Below are positions 44,317 to 53,152 of a stretch of DNA of 59,271 bases, one piece after another. The notes under the pieces are model-generated. The model made no database searches, had not been told where the DNA came from, and worked only from the letters and a program-made list of their open reading frames with translations. Source of the DNA: Clostridia bacterium. GTDB taxonomy: Bacteria; UBA6262; WVXT01. The position numbers and the translations under genes are program-made. How positions within the stretch are numbered: the stretch's first letter is position 1; each line of letters begins with the position of its first letter. The DNA lies in NCBI GenBank assembly GCA_009619095.1, contig WJOT01000080.1, forward strand, positions 1 through 59,271, read 5' to 3'.

Positions 44317-45612
44317 ATGGGTAAGACTATCTCTGAAAAAATTATTACCTCCCGTTTGGGAAGAGAAGTAACTGCAGGGAATATTGTGATTGTGCCGGTA
44401 GACCTCTGTATGGTGCAGGATGGCACAGGTCCCCTCGCTATTAAGCAGTTAAGAAAATTAAAAAGAGGTGGAGCTTTAAGCGGCCCAGGTAGAGCAGTTG
44501 ACTGTGGAATTTTTGCTCCAGAGAAAACGATTATTTTCCTCGACCATGCTGTTCCTCCTCCGCGCAAAGAACTTTCCAATGTCCAAAGAGAGTTACGAGA
44601 TTTTGCAAGAGAAACCAAGGTAAATCTCTCGGAAATAGGGGAGGGAATTTCTCATCAGAGACTGGTGGAAAGCTTTGTGAATCCCGGCGATATTGTTATT
44701 GGTGCCGATTCTCATACTTGCACTTCTGGGGCTTTGGCTGCCTTTGCTACCGGAATGGGCTCTACGGATGTGGCTGTAGTGATGGCTACAGGAAAAACCT
44801 GGCTTAGGGTTCCCCTGACTTTCTTGATTAATGTAGAAGGAAAGTTTCCCCAAGGTGTCTATGCTAAGGATTTGATTCTGTACATTATTGGTATGCTGGG
44901 AGCTGATGGAGCAACTTACAGAGCTTTAGAATTTGCCGGGGAAGCGGTGGAAAAGATGTCCCTCTCCGGAAGATTCACTCTTTGCAATATGGCTGTAGAA
45001 GCAGGAGCTAAGGCTGGACTTGTTGCTTCGGATGGTTTAACCAGAGCCTACCTCAAGGAGAGGGATCGGGAAAAGAGATATAAAGAAATTAAGGCAGATA
45101 AGGATGCAAAATACGAAAGAGTTTTTGAAATCGATGCCTCAAAATTGGAACCAATGCTTGCCTGTCCTGAGACCCCGGACAATGTTAAACCAATTTCTCA
45201 AATAAAGGCTAAAAACATCAGAATTGACCAGGTTTTTATTGGTACCTGCACCAATGGACGAATAGAGGATTTGCGCCTGGTGGCAGAGATATTGAAAGGA
45301 CGAAGATGTGCTCCGGGAACAAGGTTGATTATTGCTCCAGCTTCCCGCCAGGTTTACCTCCAGGCAGTGAAAGAAGGAATTCTTGAGATACTCGTTGGAG
45401 CTGGGGCTACTATTTTGAGCCCGGGTTGCGGGCCCTGCGTGGGGTTGCAGGGAGGGATTTTGGCTGATAACGAGAAATGCCTATCAACAGCGAACCGCAA
45501 TTTTAAAGGCAGAATGGGTAACCCCAATTCCCAGATATACCTTTCTTCTCCGGCTACAGCTGCCTGGACAGCAGTAAAGGGAAAGATAAGTGACCCCAGG
45601 GAAATAATGTGA
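44317..45612 (+). CDS. leuC: Aconitase-family dehydratase large subunit (3-isopropylmalate dehydratase / homoaconitase, archaeal-size type)
   Basis: ATG 44317 follows GAGGAG. Fe-S ligand regions GADSHTC and GCGPC are present. About 431 aa. Confidence 0.8.
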   Translation: MGKTISEKIITSRLGREVTAGNIVIVPVDLCMVQDGTGPLAIKQLRKLKRGGALSGPGRAVDCGIFAPEKTIIFLDHAVPPPRKELSNVQRELRDFARETKVNLSEIGEGISHQRLVESFVNPGDIVIGADSHTCTSGALAAFATGMGSTDVAVVMATGKTWLRVPLTFLINVEGKFPQGVYAKDLILYIIGMLGADGATYRALEFAGEAVEKMSLSGRFTLCNMAVEAGAKAGLVASDGLTRAYLKERDREKRYKEIKADKDAKYERVFEIDASKLEPMLACPETPDNVKPISQIKAKNIRIDQVFIGTCTNGRIEDLRLVAEILKGRRCAPGTRLIIAPASRQVYLQAVKEGILEILVGAGATILSPGCGPCVGLQGGILADNEKCLSTANRNFKGRMGNPNSQIYLSSPATAAWTAVKGKISDPREIM

Positions 45613-45736
45613 TAGTGGCAAAAATCTAATGAAAGAAAAGTCAAAAAAGCCTTGTAAATAAAGGAAAAAATCTTTCATAAGTGGGGAGGGAATATATTTT
45701 TGCAGATTGGGTTCGAGAGATCTCTATAAACTTATT

Positions 45737-45757
45737 CCTCCCCCTTGATGGGGGAGG
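45737..45757 (+). repeat. 5' flanking hairpin of the DUF559 cassette
   Basis: cctccccc-ttgat-gggggagg. Confidence 0.7.
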
Positions 45758-45763
45758 ATAAAG

Positions 45764-46153
45764 GTGGGGGTGAAATTGGGTAAGAAGTTAGTTAATACTG
45801 GAAGGGATCTTAGAAAGAATTCTACTGAGGTAGAAAGATATTTATGGAGATATTTAAGAAGAAATCAGTTAGAAGGGTTTAAATTCCGGCGGCAACAACC
45901 GATAGGAAGATATATAGTGGATTTCGTTAATTTTAAAAGAAAGATTGTAATAGAGGTAGATGGTGGACAACATGCAATTGGAAGCAGGAAAGATAGGAAA
46001 AGAGATAAGTGGTTAAGGGAAGAAGGGTTTGAGGTTCTAAGGTTTTGGGATAACGATGTTCTTAAAAATATAGAAGGTGTTTTAGAAGTTATAAGGGACA
46101 AACTCTTACTATCCCCTCACCTTAATCCTCTCCCACAAGGGGAGAGGGAATAA
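45764..46153 (+). CDS. DUF559 (Vsr-like endonuclease fold) protein
   Basis: RDLRKNSTEVERYLWRYLR...FKFRRQQPIGRYIVDFV...IEVDGGQH...RDKWLREEGFEVLRFWDNDV. The start is ambiguous (GTG 45764, GTG 45770 or TTG 45776). Confidence 0.8.
   Translation: MGVKLGKKLVNTGRDLRKNSTEVERYLWRYLRRNQLEGFKFRRQQPIGRYIVDFVNFKRKIVIEVDGGQHAIGSRKDRKRDKWLREEGFEVLRFWDNDVLKNIEGVLEVIRDKLLLSPHLNPLPQGERE
46127..46147 (+). repeat. 3' flanking hairpin of the DUF559 cassette (inside the gene's last codons)
   Basis: cctctccc-acaag-gggagagg, encoding ...NPLPQGERE. Confidence 0.7.
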
Positions 46154-46199
46154 AACAAAAATTTTTGACAATACTAATAGTGTAAAAAAGGAGAGAAAA

Positions 46200-46697
46200 A
46201 TGATTATTAAAGGCAAGGCACATAAGTTTGGGGATAACATCAGCACAGATTTGATTGCACCTGGGAGATATTTCCATTTAAGGAACAATTTGCCAGAGCT
46301 GGCTAAACATACACTGGAAGACGCCAATCCCGGATTTATAAAGAAAGTAAAATCAGGAGATTTCATTGTGGCAGGGAAGAACTTTGGTATGGGTTCATCC
46401 CGGGAGCATGCTCCCGCAATAATCAAACTGTGTGGCGTAAAAGCAATTTTAGCCAAGTCTTTTGCCAGAATATTCTTCCGCAATGCAATCAATATTGGAC
46501 TGCCTGTTCTGGAATGTGAAACTGAGAAGATTGCTCGGGGAGATGAATTGGAAATCGATTTAGCTAAAGGTATAATAAAAAATAGAAAGAAGGGACTGGA
46601 ACTAATATTCCATCCGCTTCCTAAGGTAATGGTTAACATTTTGCGCGATGGCGGATTGGTAGAACATATCCGGAAACACGGTGGTTTCAAACTGTAA
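46200..46697 (+). CDS. leuD: Aconitase-family dehydratase small subunit (LeuD/HacB type)
   Basis: 165 aa. GKNFGMGSSREHA motif. Confidence 0.82.
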   Translation: MIIKGKAHKFGDNISTDLIAPGRYFHLRNNLPELAKHTLEDANPGFIKKVKSGDFIVAGKNFGMGSSREHAPAIIKLCGVKAILAKSFARIFFRNAINIGLPVLECETEKIARGDELEIDLAKGIIKNRKKGLELIFHPLPKVMVNILRDGGLVEHIRKHGGFKL

Positions 46698-46722
46698 ATA
46701 CTGCTAATACTAATAATGTAGC

Positions 46723-46821
46723 TGCAGAGCGAAGCTCTGCATGTAGGGGTGGCACTCAGTGGCCACCCGAATGCAGGGACGGCATGCCGAAAAATCGGCA
46801 TAAACTGCGTCCGTCCCCTAC
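46723..46821. repeat. Compound hairpin repeats in the leuD-dehydrogenase spacer
   Basis: tgcagagc-gaa-gctctgca at 46723-41. The closing helix gtagggg/cccctac (46743-46821) encloses the ggtggc...gccacc and atgccga-aaaa-tcggcat hairpins. Confidence 0.8.
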
Positions 46822-46872
46822 GGAGAAGCAAATCTTGTGCTTTGCTGCTACAACAGATAAAAGGGGGCGATT

Positions 46873-47931
46873 ATGTATAAAGTTACCTTAATTCCTGGTG
46901 ATGGTGTGGGGCCGGAAGTGGTCGATGCTGCTCGAAAATGTATTGAGGCCACAGGGGTAAAGATTAATTGGGAAAAAGTCGATGCCGGAGCCGATATTAT
47001 GGATAAGTATGGAACGCCTTTACCTGATAAGGTAATCGATTCCATAAAGAAAAATAGGATTGCTTTGAAAGGTCCTGTCACCACACCTGTAGGCATAGGG
47101 TTTCGTAGCGTTAATGTTGCCCTGCGTCAGAAACTCGACCTCTACGCTTGCCTCCGTCCCTGTAAGTGGTATCCCGGTGTGAGGTCACGGTATGAAGGGG
47201 TCGATTTAGTAGTGGTCAGAGAGAATACGGAAGATGTATATTCAGGAATAGAATTTGAAGAGGGAAAGCCTGAGACCAGTGAACTCATCAATTTTATTTA
47301 CGCTTCCACGAATGTGAAGATTTCTGATGATTCTGGAATAAGTATCAAGCCAATTTCCCGACACGCTTCAGAACGGATTATTCGTTTTGCATTCGACTAT
47401 GCGAGGAAGAATAACCGAAAAAAGGTCACCGGGATACATAAAGCCAATATAATGAAATATTCAGATGGAATCTTTGTGGAAGTATTCCACGAAGTTGCCC
47501 GTGATTATCCGGACATCCAATCTGAAGATAAAATCGTGGATAATATGTGTATGCAATTAGTGCAAAAGCCTGCACTTTACGATGTACTCGTCCTGCCTAA
47601 TCTCTATGGGGATATAATCTCCGATTTATGCGCAGGATTGGTGGGAGGGCTTGGTTTAGCTCCCGGAGCAAATATTGGTGAGGAAATTGCTGTTTTCGAG
47701 GCAACTCACGGCAGTGCGCCGAAGTATAAGGGAAAGAACAAAGTAAATCCCACGGCTATGATTCTATCAGGGGTATTGATGTTAAGGCATTTGGGAGAGG
47801 AAGAAAAGGCAGAGAGGTTGGAGAATGCTGTGGTTCGGGTAATTGCTAAAGGAGAGACAGTTACCTATGACTTGGGAGGGACTGCTAAAACTTCTCAGAT
47901 GGCCAAAGCAATCATCAAAAATTTAAAATGA
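46873..47931 (+). CDS. Isocitrate/homoisocitrate/isopropylmalate dehydrogenase family protein (IDH3-like)
   Basis: VTLIPGDGVGPEV, LKGPVTTPVG, VVVRENTEDVYSG, LPNLYGDIISD. Confidence 0.82.
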   Translation: MYKVTLIPGDGVGPEVVDAARKCIEATGVKINWEKVDAGADIMDKYGTPLPDKVIDSIKKNRIALKGPVTTPVGIGFRSVNVALRQKLDLYACLRPCKWYPGVRSRYEGVDLVVVRENTEDVYSGIEFEEGKPETSELINFIYASTNVKISDDSGISIKPISRHASERIIRFAFDYARKNNRKKVTGIHKANIMKYSDGIFVEVFHEVARDYPDIQSEDKIVDNMCMQLVQKPALYDVLVLPNLYGDIISDLCAGLVGGLGLAPGANIGEEIAVFEATHGSAPKYKGKNKVNPTAMILSGVLMLRHLGEEEKAERLENAVVRVIAKGETVTYDLGGTAKTSQMAKAIIKNLK

Positions 47932-47989
47932 GACTGTGGAAGAAGTTTCCCATCTCTAACCCAGGACAGGCTCGGCGAAAAATCTCAAG

Positions 47990-48448
47990 TTGTGGAAGGA
48001 GAAAATCTTGGAACGCACATTAGTAATTATTAAGCCAGATGCGCTCTCTAAGAAAATAGTAGGAAAAGTCATTACCACATTTGAACAGAAGGATTTCAAA
48101 ATTGTTGCCTTCAAAATGGTCCTTGTTAGTCGGGAAAAGGCAGAGGAGTTTTATCAAGAACATAAAGGAAAGGAATTTTATGAGCCTTTAGTCAATTTTA
48201 TGTCATCCAATCCCTGTCTGGTGATGGTCTTGGAGGGAGAGAACGCAACTCAGAAGATTCGAGATATTGCCGGCAATACAGACCCTCAAAAAGCAGAAGA
48301 AGGAACCTTGAGAGAGCTCTACGCTCAGGATAACCGTCACAATATCCTTCATGCAGCAGATTCGCTGAAATCAGCAGAGAGGGAAGTTAAATTCTTCTTT
48401 TCCGAAAACGAAATACACCATTGGGAAGGAAAAATATACAAAAAATAA
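47990..48448 (+). CDS. ndk: Nucleoside diphosphate kinase
   Basis: RTLVIIKPDA and NILHAADS (catalytic His). The start may be TTG 48008, which follows AAGGAG. Confidence 0.88.
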   Translation: MWKEKILERTLVIIKPDALSKKIVGKVITTFEQKDFKIVAFKMVLVSREKAEEFYQEHKGKEFYEPLVNFMSSNPCLVMVLEGENATQKIRDIAGNTDPQKAEEGTLRELYAQDNRHNILHAADSLKSAEREVKFFFSENEIHHWEGKIYKK

Positions 48449-48464
48449 GCCAGACACATAAGCT

Positions 48465-48518
48465 GGTCGGTCACCCTTCAGGGTGACGAAAAAAAGGCAC
48501 TCTAAAGAGCGCCCGACC
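48465..48518 (-). repeat. Short form of the GGTCGG-terminated composite repeat, inverted orientation
   Basis: ggtcggtcacccttcagggtgacgaa, aaaaa, then ggcactctaaagagcgcccgacc. This is the reverse complement of the 8313-8366 architecture. Confidence 0.85.
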
Positions 48519-48533
48519 AGCGAGATTACCCAA

Positions 48534-49379
48534 ATGTATAAAATTTTAAATAAGCAAAATTTGGCTCCTTCTATAAAAGAATTTCTGATATCTTCGCCGG
48601 AGATTGCCAGAAAAGCTCAGCCCGGACAGTTCGTAGTGGTGATAATTGATGAGAGGGGAGAGAGGATTCCGTTAACTATTGCAGATTATGAAAGAGATAA
48701 AGGAACTATAACTATCGTAATTCAGGAAGCAGGAAAGAGTACTTGTCAGTTGGGAAGGCTAAATTCAGGCGATACCCTCTCTGATGTTATTGGACCTTTA
48801 GGCAGACCCACCCATATGGAAGATGTAGGCACAGTAGTTTGTGTAGGCGGAGGCGTGGGAATAGCGCCTATCTATCCTGTGGCTTGTGGCTTTAAAGAAA
48901 TTGGGAACAAGGTTATATCGATTATCGGTGCGCGCACCGGGGAACTGGTAATCTGGGAGGATAAGATAGCCTCTGTCTCGGACGAAGTTTACATTACTAC
49001 TGATGATGGTTCTTATGGCCGGAAAGGTTTTGTGTCCGATGAATTGCAAAGGTTGATTAAAGGAAAGAAGGAATTTGCTTTGGTCTTTGCCGTGGGGCCC
49101 ACTCTTATGATGCGTGCTGTTTCTGAAGTGACCAGGCCACATAAATTGAGGACTATAGTGAGTCTCAATCCCATAATGGTTGATGCTACCGGAATGTGCG
49201 GTGCTTGCCGAGTTTCGGTAGGGGGCAAGACAAAATTCGTTTGTGTGGATGGTCCGGATTTCAATGGTCACCAGGTAGATTTTGACCAACTCCTCAGTCG
49301 TCAGAGAATTTACCTACCAGAGGAAAAGAAAGCTCTCCAGAGCTATGATTCAGCCCATAAACATAGTAGAATAAAATGA
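48534..49379 (+). CDS. nfnA: NfnA-like ferredoxin-NADP+ oxidoreductase subunit (FAD/NAD-binding plus a 2Fe-2S tail)
   Basis: I chose the internal ATG at 48534 because the tracked start at 48483 reads through the repeat. C-terminal CGACRVSVGG...CVDGP. Confidence 0.75.
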   Translation: MYKILNKQNLAPSIKEFLISSPEIARKAQPGQFVVVIIDERGERIPLTIADYERDKGTITIVIQEAGKSTCQLGRLNSGDTLSDVIGPLGRPTHMEDVGTVVCVGGGVGIAPIYPVACGFKEIGNKVISIIGARTGELVIWEDKIASVSDEVYITTDDGSYGRKGFVSDELQRLIKGKKEFALVFAVGPTLMMRAVSEVTRPHKLRTIVSLNPIMVDATGMCGACRVSVGGKTKFVCVDGPDFNGHQVDFDQLLSRQRIYLPEEKKALQSYDSAHKHSRIK

Positions 49380-50788
49380 AAATTACTCCTAAAAAAGTAG
49401 AAATGCCACGTCAAGAGCCCAAAATCAGGGTGACGAATTTTAATGAGGTGGCTTTGGGCTATACAAAAGAGCAGGCACAACAGGAGGCCAGAAGGTGTCT
49501 CCAGTGTAAGAAGGCTCCCTGTATTAAGGCCTGTCCAGTGGAAATTGACATCCCTGGTTTTATTGCTAAGATTGTCAAAAAGGATTACCGGGGAGCCATC
49601 CACAAGATTAAGGAGGCTAACCTCTTGCCAGCTATGTGTGGGAGAGTATGTCCCCAGGAGGGGCTTTGCGAAAAAGCCTGTATTCTAAGTAAAAAGTACG
49701 AGCCTGTCGCCATTGGACGACTGGAACGCTTTGTTGCTGATTGGGAAATCCAGAAGGGCAGTCCAGAAAGCTCATCACTTCCTTCTTCTACTGGAAAACG
49801 CATGGCAGTCATTGGCTCTGGTCCTGGCAGCTTATCCTGTGCCGGCGATTTAATCAGGTTGGGACATAGTGTGACCATTTTCGAAGCATTGCATAAACCA
49901 GGAGGCGTTCTGGTCTACGGGATTCCAGAATTTCGCTTACCCAAAGCTATTGTGGGAAGAGAAATAGAGTACATTCGCTCCCTGGGGGTGGAAGTAAAAA
50001 CTGGCTATGTGATTGGCAAGATTTATACTCTCGATGAACTTTTCTCCCAGGGTTATGATGCTATTTTCATTGGAATTGGGGCTGGTTTGCCCAAGTTTAT
50101 GGACATTCCCGGAGAAAACCTCAATGGGGTCTATTCAGCCAACGAATTTTTAACCAGAACCAACATGATGAAGGCATACTTATTTCCCCAGTACGATACT
50201 CCCGTAAAAATTGGGAAAAGGGTTGCAGTAATAGGAGGGGGAAACGTGGCAATGGACGCCTCGCGGGTAGCCTTAAGGTTAGGAGCTCAAAAGGTTTACA
50301 ATATTTACCGCCGTTCCCCACAGGAGATGCCTGCGCGGGCGGAAGAAGTGCAAAATGCCAAAGATGAGGGAGTAGAATTTAAATTTTTGACCAATCCAGT
50401 GCGGATTCTTGGCAATAAGGAGAATTGGGTTACTGGAATTGAATGTATAAGGATGGAACTGGGGGAGCCTGATGAGTCTGGACGCCGCCGGCCAGTACCG
50501 ATTAAGGGTTCTGAATTCACCATAAAGGTTGATATAGTAATAATGGCTATTGGCGCTGGTGCCAACCCTCTGCTTCCTTCTGCTACCCCAGATTTGGAAG
50601 TAAACAAATGGGGCTATATTGTTATAGATGAAACTAGCGGAAAGACCTCAAAAGAGAGTGTCTGGGCTGGAGGGGATATTGTAAGCGGTGCAGCCACAGT
50701 GATTTCCGCTATGGCTTCTGGTAGGAGGAGTGCCAAAGCAATCCATCAATATCTGATGAAAGATTTACAAGCACGTGATTTTTCTTGA
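49376..50788 (+). CDS. nfnB: NfnB / glutamate synthase small-subunit-like NADPH oxidoreductase
   Basis: CLQCKKAPCIKACP, CGRVCPQEGLCEKAC, and AVIGSGPGSLSCAGDL FAD motif. 470 aa. Confidence 0.8.
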   Translation: MKITPKKVEMPRQEPKIRVTNFNEVALGYTKEQAQQEARRCLQCKKAPCIKACPVEIDIPGFIAKIVKKDYRGAIHKIKEANLLPAMCGRVCPQEGLCEKACILSKKYEPVAIGRLERFVADWEIQKGSPESSSLPSSTGKRMAVIGSGPGSLSCAGDLIRLGHSVTIFEALHKPGGVLVYGIPEFRLPKAIVGREIEYIRSLGVEVKTGYVIGKIYTLDELFSQGYDAIFIGIGAGLPKFMDIPGENLNGVYSANEFLTRTNMMKAYLFPQYDTPVKIGKRVAVIGGGNVAMDASRVALRLGAQKVYNIYRRSPQEMPARAEEVQNAKDEGVEFKFLTNPVRILGNKENWVTGIECIRMELGEPDESGRRRPVPIKGSEFTIKVDIVIMAIGAGANPLLPSATPDLEVNKWGYIVIDETSGKTSKESVWAGGDIVSGAATVISAMASGRRSAKAIHQYLMKDLQARDFS

Positions 50789-50813
50789 CAAACCCATTTT
50801 TAACTTGTAATAT
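50785..50813 (+). promoter_or_regulatory. Putative promoter of the rpmF-plsX-fab operon
   Basis: TTGACA (50785-90, overlapping the nfnB stop), a 17-nt spacer, then TAATAT (50808-13). Confidence 0.45.
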
Positions 50814-50858
50814 TAAAAACTATTGTTTAGGATAATTTTAGCATTACTTGTGCAAAAG

Positions 50859-50920
50859 GGTAGTCGCAACCTTCAGGTTGCGTTCTGTAAATTTCGCTCC
50901 GATAAATCGGAGCGGCTACC
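50859..50920. repeat. Two-hairpin compound repeat closed by ggtag/ctacc in the rpmF leader
   Basis: cgcaacc-ttca-ggttgcg at 50865-82. cgctccgataaatcggagcg at 50895-914. Confidence 0.8.
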
Positions 50921-50949
50921 ATTATAGCATTATTGTTTAGGAGTAGCTT

Positions 50950-51165
50950 ATGGCTAATCCCAAGAGAAGACATTCTGTTTCCAGACAAGGTAAACGAAGA
51001 GCCAACTGGAAACTACATATCCCCACTCTATCTATTTGCCCGATGTGCAAGGAATTTAAACTTCCCCATTTTGCTTGCTTCAATTGTGGCTATTATAATG
51101 AAGAAAAGATAATTAAGACAAAAAAAGAGATAGAGGAAAAAAGGAAAAGAAAAGGGAAAAGTTAA
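50950..51165 (+). CDS. rpmF: 50S ribosomal protein L32 (zinc-ribbon type with a Lys-rich C-terminal tail)
   Basis: MANPKRRHSVSRQGKRR and CPMC...CFNC. Confidence 0.9.
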   Translation: MANPKRRHSVSRQGKRRANWKLHIPTLSICPMCKEFKLPHFACFNCGYYNEEKIIKTKKEIEEKRKRKGKS

Positions 51166-51180
51166 CCAGGGGTCTTATTT

Positions 51181-52161
51181 ATGCGAATCGCTGTAGATGC
51201 TATGGGGGGCGACTATGCTCCCGGAGTAGTGGTGGAAGGAGCAGTTCAAGCTGTCAAAAAAACCCCTTACGAAATAATTTTAGTGGGGGATAAAACCCAC
51301 TTAACAGGGGAGATGAAGAACTATCGAAGTTCATCTTTACCCCTTTCCATTTACCACTGTTCGGAGGTTATCGGTATGGATGAGTCACCGGCGATAGCTT
51401 GTCGCCAAAAGAAAGATTCCTCCATCATGGTTGCTACCCGATTAGTCAAAGAGGGCATGGCTGACGCCATGGTTTCTGCAGGAAACTCGGGTGCAGTATT
51501 GGCCTCAGCATTGATGGTTTTGGGGAGATTGCCCAAAGTCGATAGGCCTGCTATTGCTGCATTAATACCTACTCTAAAAGGTGTAGTTGCACTTCTCGAT
51601 GTTGGCGCAAACGTCAACTCTACGGCAAAAGGTTTGCTCCAGTTTGCGGTAATGGGTAACATCTATATGAAGACAATTATGAATAAAGAATCTCCCCGTA
51701 TTGGACTGTTGAGTACCGGGGCGGAAGAAACCAAGGGGAATGAGGTGACTGTAGAAGCCCATCGTCTCTTGCGCCAATCGGGATTGAATTTTGTGGGTAA
51801 TGTAGAAGGCAAAGATATTGTGAAAGGAAAGGCTGATGTTATCGTTTGTGATGGATTTGTAGGCAATATTCTTCTGAAATTTAGTGAAGGTATAGCTGAA
51901 GAATTTATTAGTTTGTTTAGAGATGAAATTCTCAAATATCCTTTCCGAAAAATAGCACTTATATTGTTGAGAGGCGCCTTTAAAGATATCAAGAAGAGAG
52001 TCGATTATACTGAATATGGAGGAGCTCCTCTTTTGGGCGTAGATGGCTGTTCCATTATTTGCCATGGCAGTTCCAACGCTAAGGCAATTTCCAATGCTAT
52101 CCGGGTAGCAGGAGAGTTTGTGGAAAAGAGAATCAATCAACAAATCAAAGAAAGTTTATAG
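51181..52161 (+). CDS. plsX: Phosphate acyltransferase PlsX
   Basis: MRIAVDAMGGDYAP N-terminus. 326 aa. rpmF-plsX-fabH synteny. Confidence 0.92.
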   Translation: MRIAVDAMGGDYAPGVVVEGAVQAVKKTPYEIILVGDKTHLTGEMKNYRSSSLPLSIYHCSEVIGMDESPAIACRQKKDSSIMVATRLVKEGMADAMVSAGNSGAVLASALMVLGRLPKVDRPAIAALIPTLKGVVALLDVGANVNSTAKGLLQFAVMGNIYMKTIMNKESPRIGLLSTGAEETKGNEVTVEAHRLLRQSGLNFVGNVEGKDIVKGKADVIVCDGFVGNILLKFSEGIAEEFISLFRDEILKYPFRKIALILLRGAFKDIKKRVDYTEYGGAPLLGVDGCSIICHGSSNAKAISNAIRVAGEFVEKRINQQIKESL

Positions 52162-52174
52162 GAGTAGGAAAATA

Positions 52175-53152
52175 GTGGGTATTCGCATAGTGGGAACTGG
52201 GTCATATCTGCCAGAGAAAGTCTTAACCAATAAGGATCTTGAGAAAATAGTCGATACATCCGATGAGTGGATTGTAAGTCGTACGGGAATCAGAGAGAGA
52301 AGGATATGTTCCGATAAACAGGCTGCTTCTGACCTGGGGATTAAAGCTGCCCAGAGAGCACTGGAGGATGCTAATGTAAAAGTTGAAGATATCGATTTAC
52401 TTATTGTGGCAACGATTACTCCGGATATGTTCTTCCCTTCAACAGCTTGTATAATACAGACTAAGTTAGGGATAAAAGGTGCTGCTATTTTTGATTTAAA
52501 TGCTGCCTGCGCTGGCTTTATTTATTCTCTTTCTACTGCCCAGCAATTTTTACAGATGGAAACATATAAAACAGCGCTGGTCATTGCCACGGAAACTCTT
52601 TCTAAAATTACTGACTGGGAGGACAGGAATACTTGTGTGCTTCTGGGGGATGGCGCGGGAGCAGCAGTTTTGAAAAAGGAGAAAGGTGATTCAGGGATTC
52701 TCTCTTGTTATTTAGACGCAGATGGTCAGTATGGCGATTTGTTGAATATGCCCGCTGGGGGCTCGAGACTCCCGGCAACTGTAGACACAGTCAAGAACAG
52801 GCTCCATTACCTGAAGATGAAGGGAAATGAGACTTTCAGAATAGGCGTACCGGAAATGGTGAACTCTGTCAAACGAGGATTGGAAGGATGTGGACTTAAG
52901 ATAGAGGACGTAACTCTGTTGATACCACATCAGGCAAATATCAGGATAATTAAAGCAATCGCAAAGAGATTATCTATATCCATAGATAAGGTTTTCGTAA
53001 ATATTGATAAATGCGCAAATACTTCAGCAGCTACTGTGCCTATTGCTCTGGACCAAGCAAATCGCCAGGGCAGAATTAAACAAGGAGATATTATAGAATT
53101 GGTTGCCTTTGGTGCTGGGTTTACCTGGGGTTCCTGTGTGATTAAATGGTAA
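52175..53152 (+). CDS. fabH: 3-oxoacyl-ACP synthase III
   Basis: GTG 52175 follows GGAGTAGGA; the tracked start at 52118 overlaps plsX. Active-site NAACAGF. Confidence 0.9.
   Translation: MGIRIVGTGSYLPEKVLTNKDLEKIVDTSDEWIVSRTGIRERRICSDKQAASDLGIKAAQRALEDANVKVEDIDLLIVATITPDMFFPSTACIIQTKLGIKGAAIFDLNAACAGFIYSLSTAQQFLQMETYKTALVIATETLSKITDWEDRNTCVLLGDGAGAAVLKKEKGDSGILSCYLDADGQYGDLLNMPAGGSRLPATVDTVKNRLHYLKMKGNETFRIGVPEMVNSVKRGLEGCGLKIEDVTLLIPHQANIRIIKAIAKRLSISIDKVFVNIDKCANTSAATVPIALDQANRQGRIKQGDIIELVAFGAGFTWGSCVIKW

Noticed and set aside
46109-46831. 240-aa ORF on the minus strand, the longest minus-strand ORF in the window.
   Set aside because: It is entirely antisense to leuD and to the flanking repeat regions. 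The translation is low-complexity (Ser/Pro/Leu/Ile-rich) with no recognisable motif. The + strand gene has clear LeuD motifs.
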